DNA of 64,000 nt from Schmidtea nova (lineage: Eukaryota), in the NCBI GenBank assembly GCA_044892505.1, contig CM097883.1, positions 351,726,001-351,790,000 on the forward strand, in the 5' to 3' direction. Of this stretch, positions 62,447-64,000 are shown one piece after another. Below the pieces are notes generated by a model. That model was not told where the DNA came from. It ran no database searches and saw only the letters and a list, made by a program, of their open reading frames with translations. A program made the position numbers and the translations under genes. The stretch's first letter is position 1. Every line of letters starts with the position of its first letter.

Positions 62447-64000
62447 GCAAAGAACTTAGAAAGACTACAATTGAATTGAATCCGTTTACAATAGCATTAG
62501 ATTACGAAGATTATGGTAAAACTGAATATATAGTAGAGCATTGGTGCACAAAAGTTCGGAAATTAAGAAAAAGAGCTGCTGAAAGAATAGGAAAAGATGG
62601 AATTATTATATTTATGTTTAAAAGAGAAAAATTAGATGATGATGAATATTTATTTGATTTTGGATTTGTTCCACAAGAGTTAGATGAAAATGGATATTTA
62701 CGTTTCGATAGTAGAAATGGATATTTGATAAATTGTGTATCGGTGATTAAGGAACAGAAATTTGAATTAATAGACAAATCTGATGGATCAAATACAGACA
62801 GAGAAAATGATGATGAAAATGAGGTTAAAGAAGATAAAGAGATAAACGAAATGGTAAATGATAACGAGGAAACCAAGCAGAATAATAAAGATGAGTATAA
62901 AGTAACAAAAATAGAGGAATTTGAGGAACTTAAAGGCGAAATGAATAATGAAAGTAATATTAAGAAGCCTAGAACCTTATATGAAATAAAGAAAGGTTTA
63001 GTGCGATTGGAACAAGAAGTAGATAAAACCAAAGCATTATTAAAAAGCTTGACTAAAGCAGTATACCCAATGTGTGAAATTGAGATAGATGGAAAATATG
63101 AATTGGGAGGAATAGTAAATGAAGTGAGAAACAGACTCCCTAGCATCATGCGAAGGTTTGGTAAAAATGAAAAATTTTGTGACAAAGATGTAATCGAGAA
63201 ATTAACTAAAAATGGAATTACTACAGAAGTAACATTAATGAGCTTAACTTATGTAATTTTAGAAATTGGTGCTCATAAGATCATGAAATCAGATGAGTTA
63301 GAAAATTTAATAGATACTGCTGCTCGAAATATAAACGAATACTTAATGAGCTGGGTTAAAAAGATTGGAGGTTGGGACAAGTTGATGAAAATGTTTATAA
63401 TAAATGAAAACGAAAGTAATGAAGAAAGTTTACCTCAACAATCGCTAAATGTCAGAGTTAGTCCAGAAAAGAGGAAGACAATACTGTTTCCTTGGGCAAT
63501 CTTTATGATAATTATTTTGTGTGCTGGAATCACACAGGTAACGAGTATGACAACGTATGACTGTTCAAAAACAGAAATGGGGAAAATTTATTCAGTTGTA
63601 GATATGTCAGAGTGTTCAGACGCATATCCAAGAAAATTAAAGATAGAAAATGATGTGAAATATCATGTATATCAAGAATCTGATTTACGACGAACAACGG
63701 TAAGAGAATGTATAGTTAAGCGCACTTCCTTTATATTTTATTGTGGCAAGTGGAGCCATACTTCAATGATAAAAATGTATACAATCCTACGGCCAGTAGA
63801 GGTAATGCCGGAAAATTGCCTCGCTGCTTTTCAAACAGGAGAATTAAAAATAAATTCGGAAATTAAATTAAAAGCAAAGCGAAATCATAGAATTAGAGAA
63901 ACAGTGGTCGTAAAAGGAGTAATGAAACAAGATGGAGATTGTGAAGGAGAACCATACAAAGTAGATGGGAAGATAATCAAACAGTCTGTAGTAATAGAGG
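62416..64000 (+). CDS. ORF2 (runs off the window; absent from the ORF track): Ubl - acidic/coiled-coil - Bcl-2-like - hydrophobic signal/anchor - chuvirus-like glycoprotein
   Basis: Manual translation is stop-free from 62416 to 64000, in the -1 frame relative to gag; WVKKIGGWDKL; FPWAIFMIIILCAGI; YDCS...ECIVKRTSFIFYCGKWSHTS...CLAAFQTGEL...GDCEGEPY. Confidence 0.85.

Noticed and set aside
1-64000. rRNA, tRNA genes, prokaryotic operons or defence systems
   Set aside because: No such motifs found; the tRNA-complementary segments are retrotransposon PBSs

Overview
Very AT-rich eukaryotic draft-assembly window (8 N-gaps: ~9568-9745, 12723-12869, 19376-19595, 21638-21786, 28674-28898, 29191-29722, 30015-30448, 30528-30706). 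It is probably from an invertebrate such as a flatworm or other spiralian; this is inferred from the GPCR type and the TE content. It is mostly a transposon graveyard. Polinton/Maverick (adintovirus-like) debris includes an integrase, an adenain-type protease, a packaging ATPase and four pPolB copies. Ty3/Gypsy LTR elements include one near-intact 5.4 kb copy, one internally deleted 2.5 kb copy with identical LTRs inserted in pPolB, two decayed copies and several solo LTRs. There are also Penelope-like remnants with minimal hammerhead ribozymes, Tc1/pogo/hAT/piggyBac elements, and satellites. Host-type genes are two paralogous rhodopsin-like GPCR exons plus decayed 5'-nucleotidase and nuclear-receptor fragments. 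Top candidate novel system: the LTR element starting at 59011. Its Gag carries a ubiquitin-like domain and is followed, via a likely -1 frameshift, by an ORF missing from the ORF track that encodes a second Ubl, a Bcl-2-like domain, a hydrophobic anchor/signal and a chuvirus-type class III fusion glycoprotein; no pol is seen before the window ends. Other highlights are a TBP-like gene head-to-head with a Polinton ATPase, a slippery site plus pseudoknot located after (not before) a Gypsy protease, and hammerhead motifs with a compensatory U3-A8 core pair. All homology calls are by-eye motif recognition; no database searches were run. No rRNA, tRNA or CRISPR seen.
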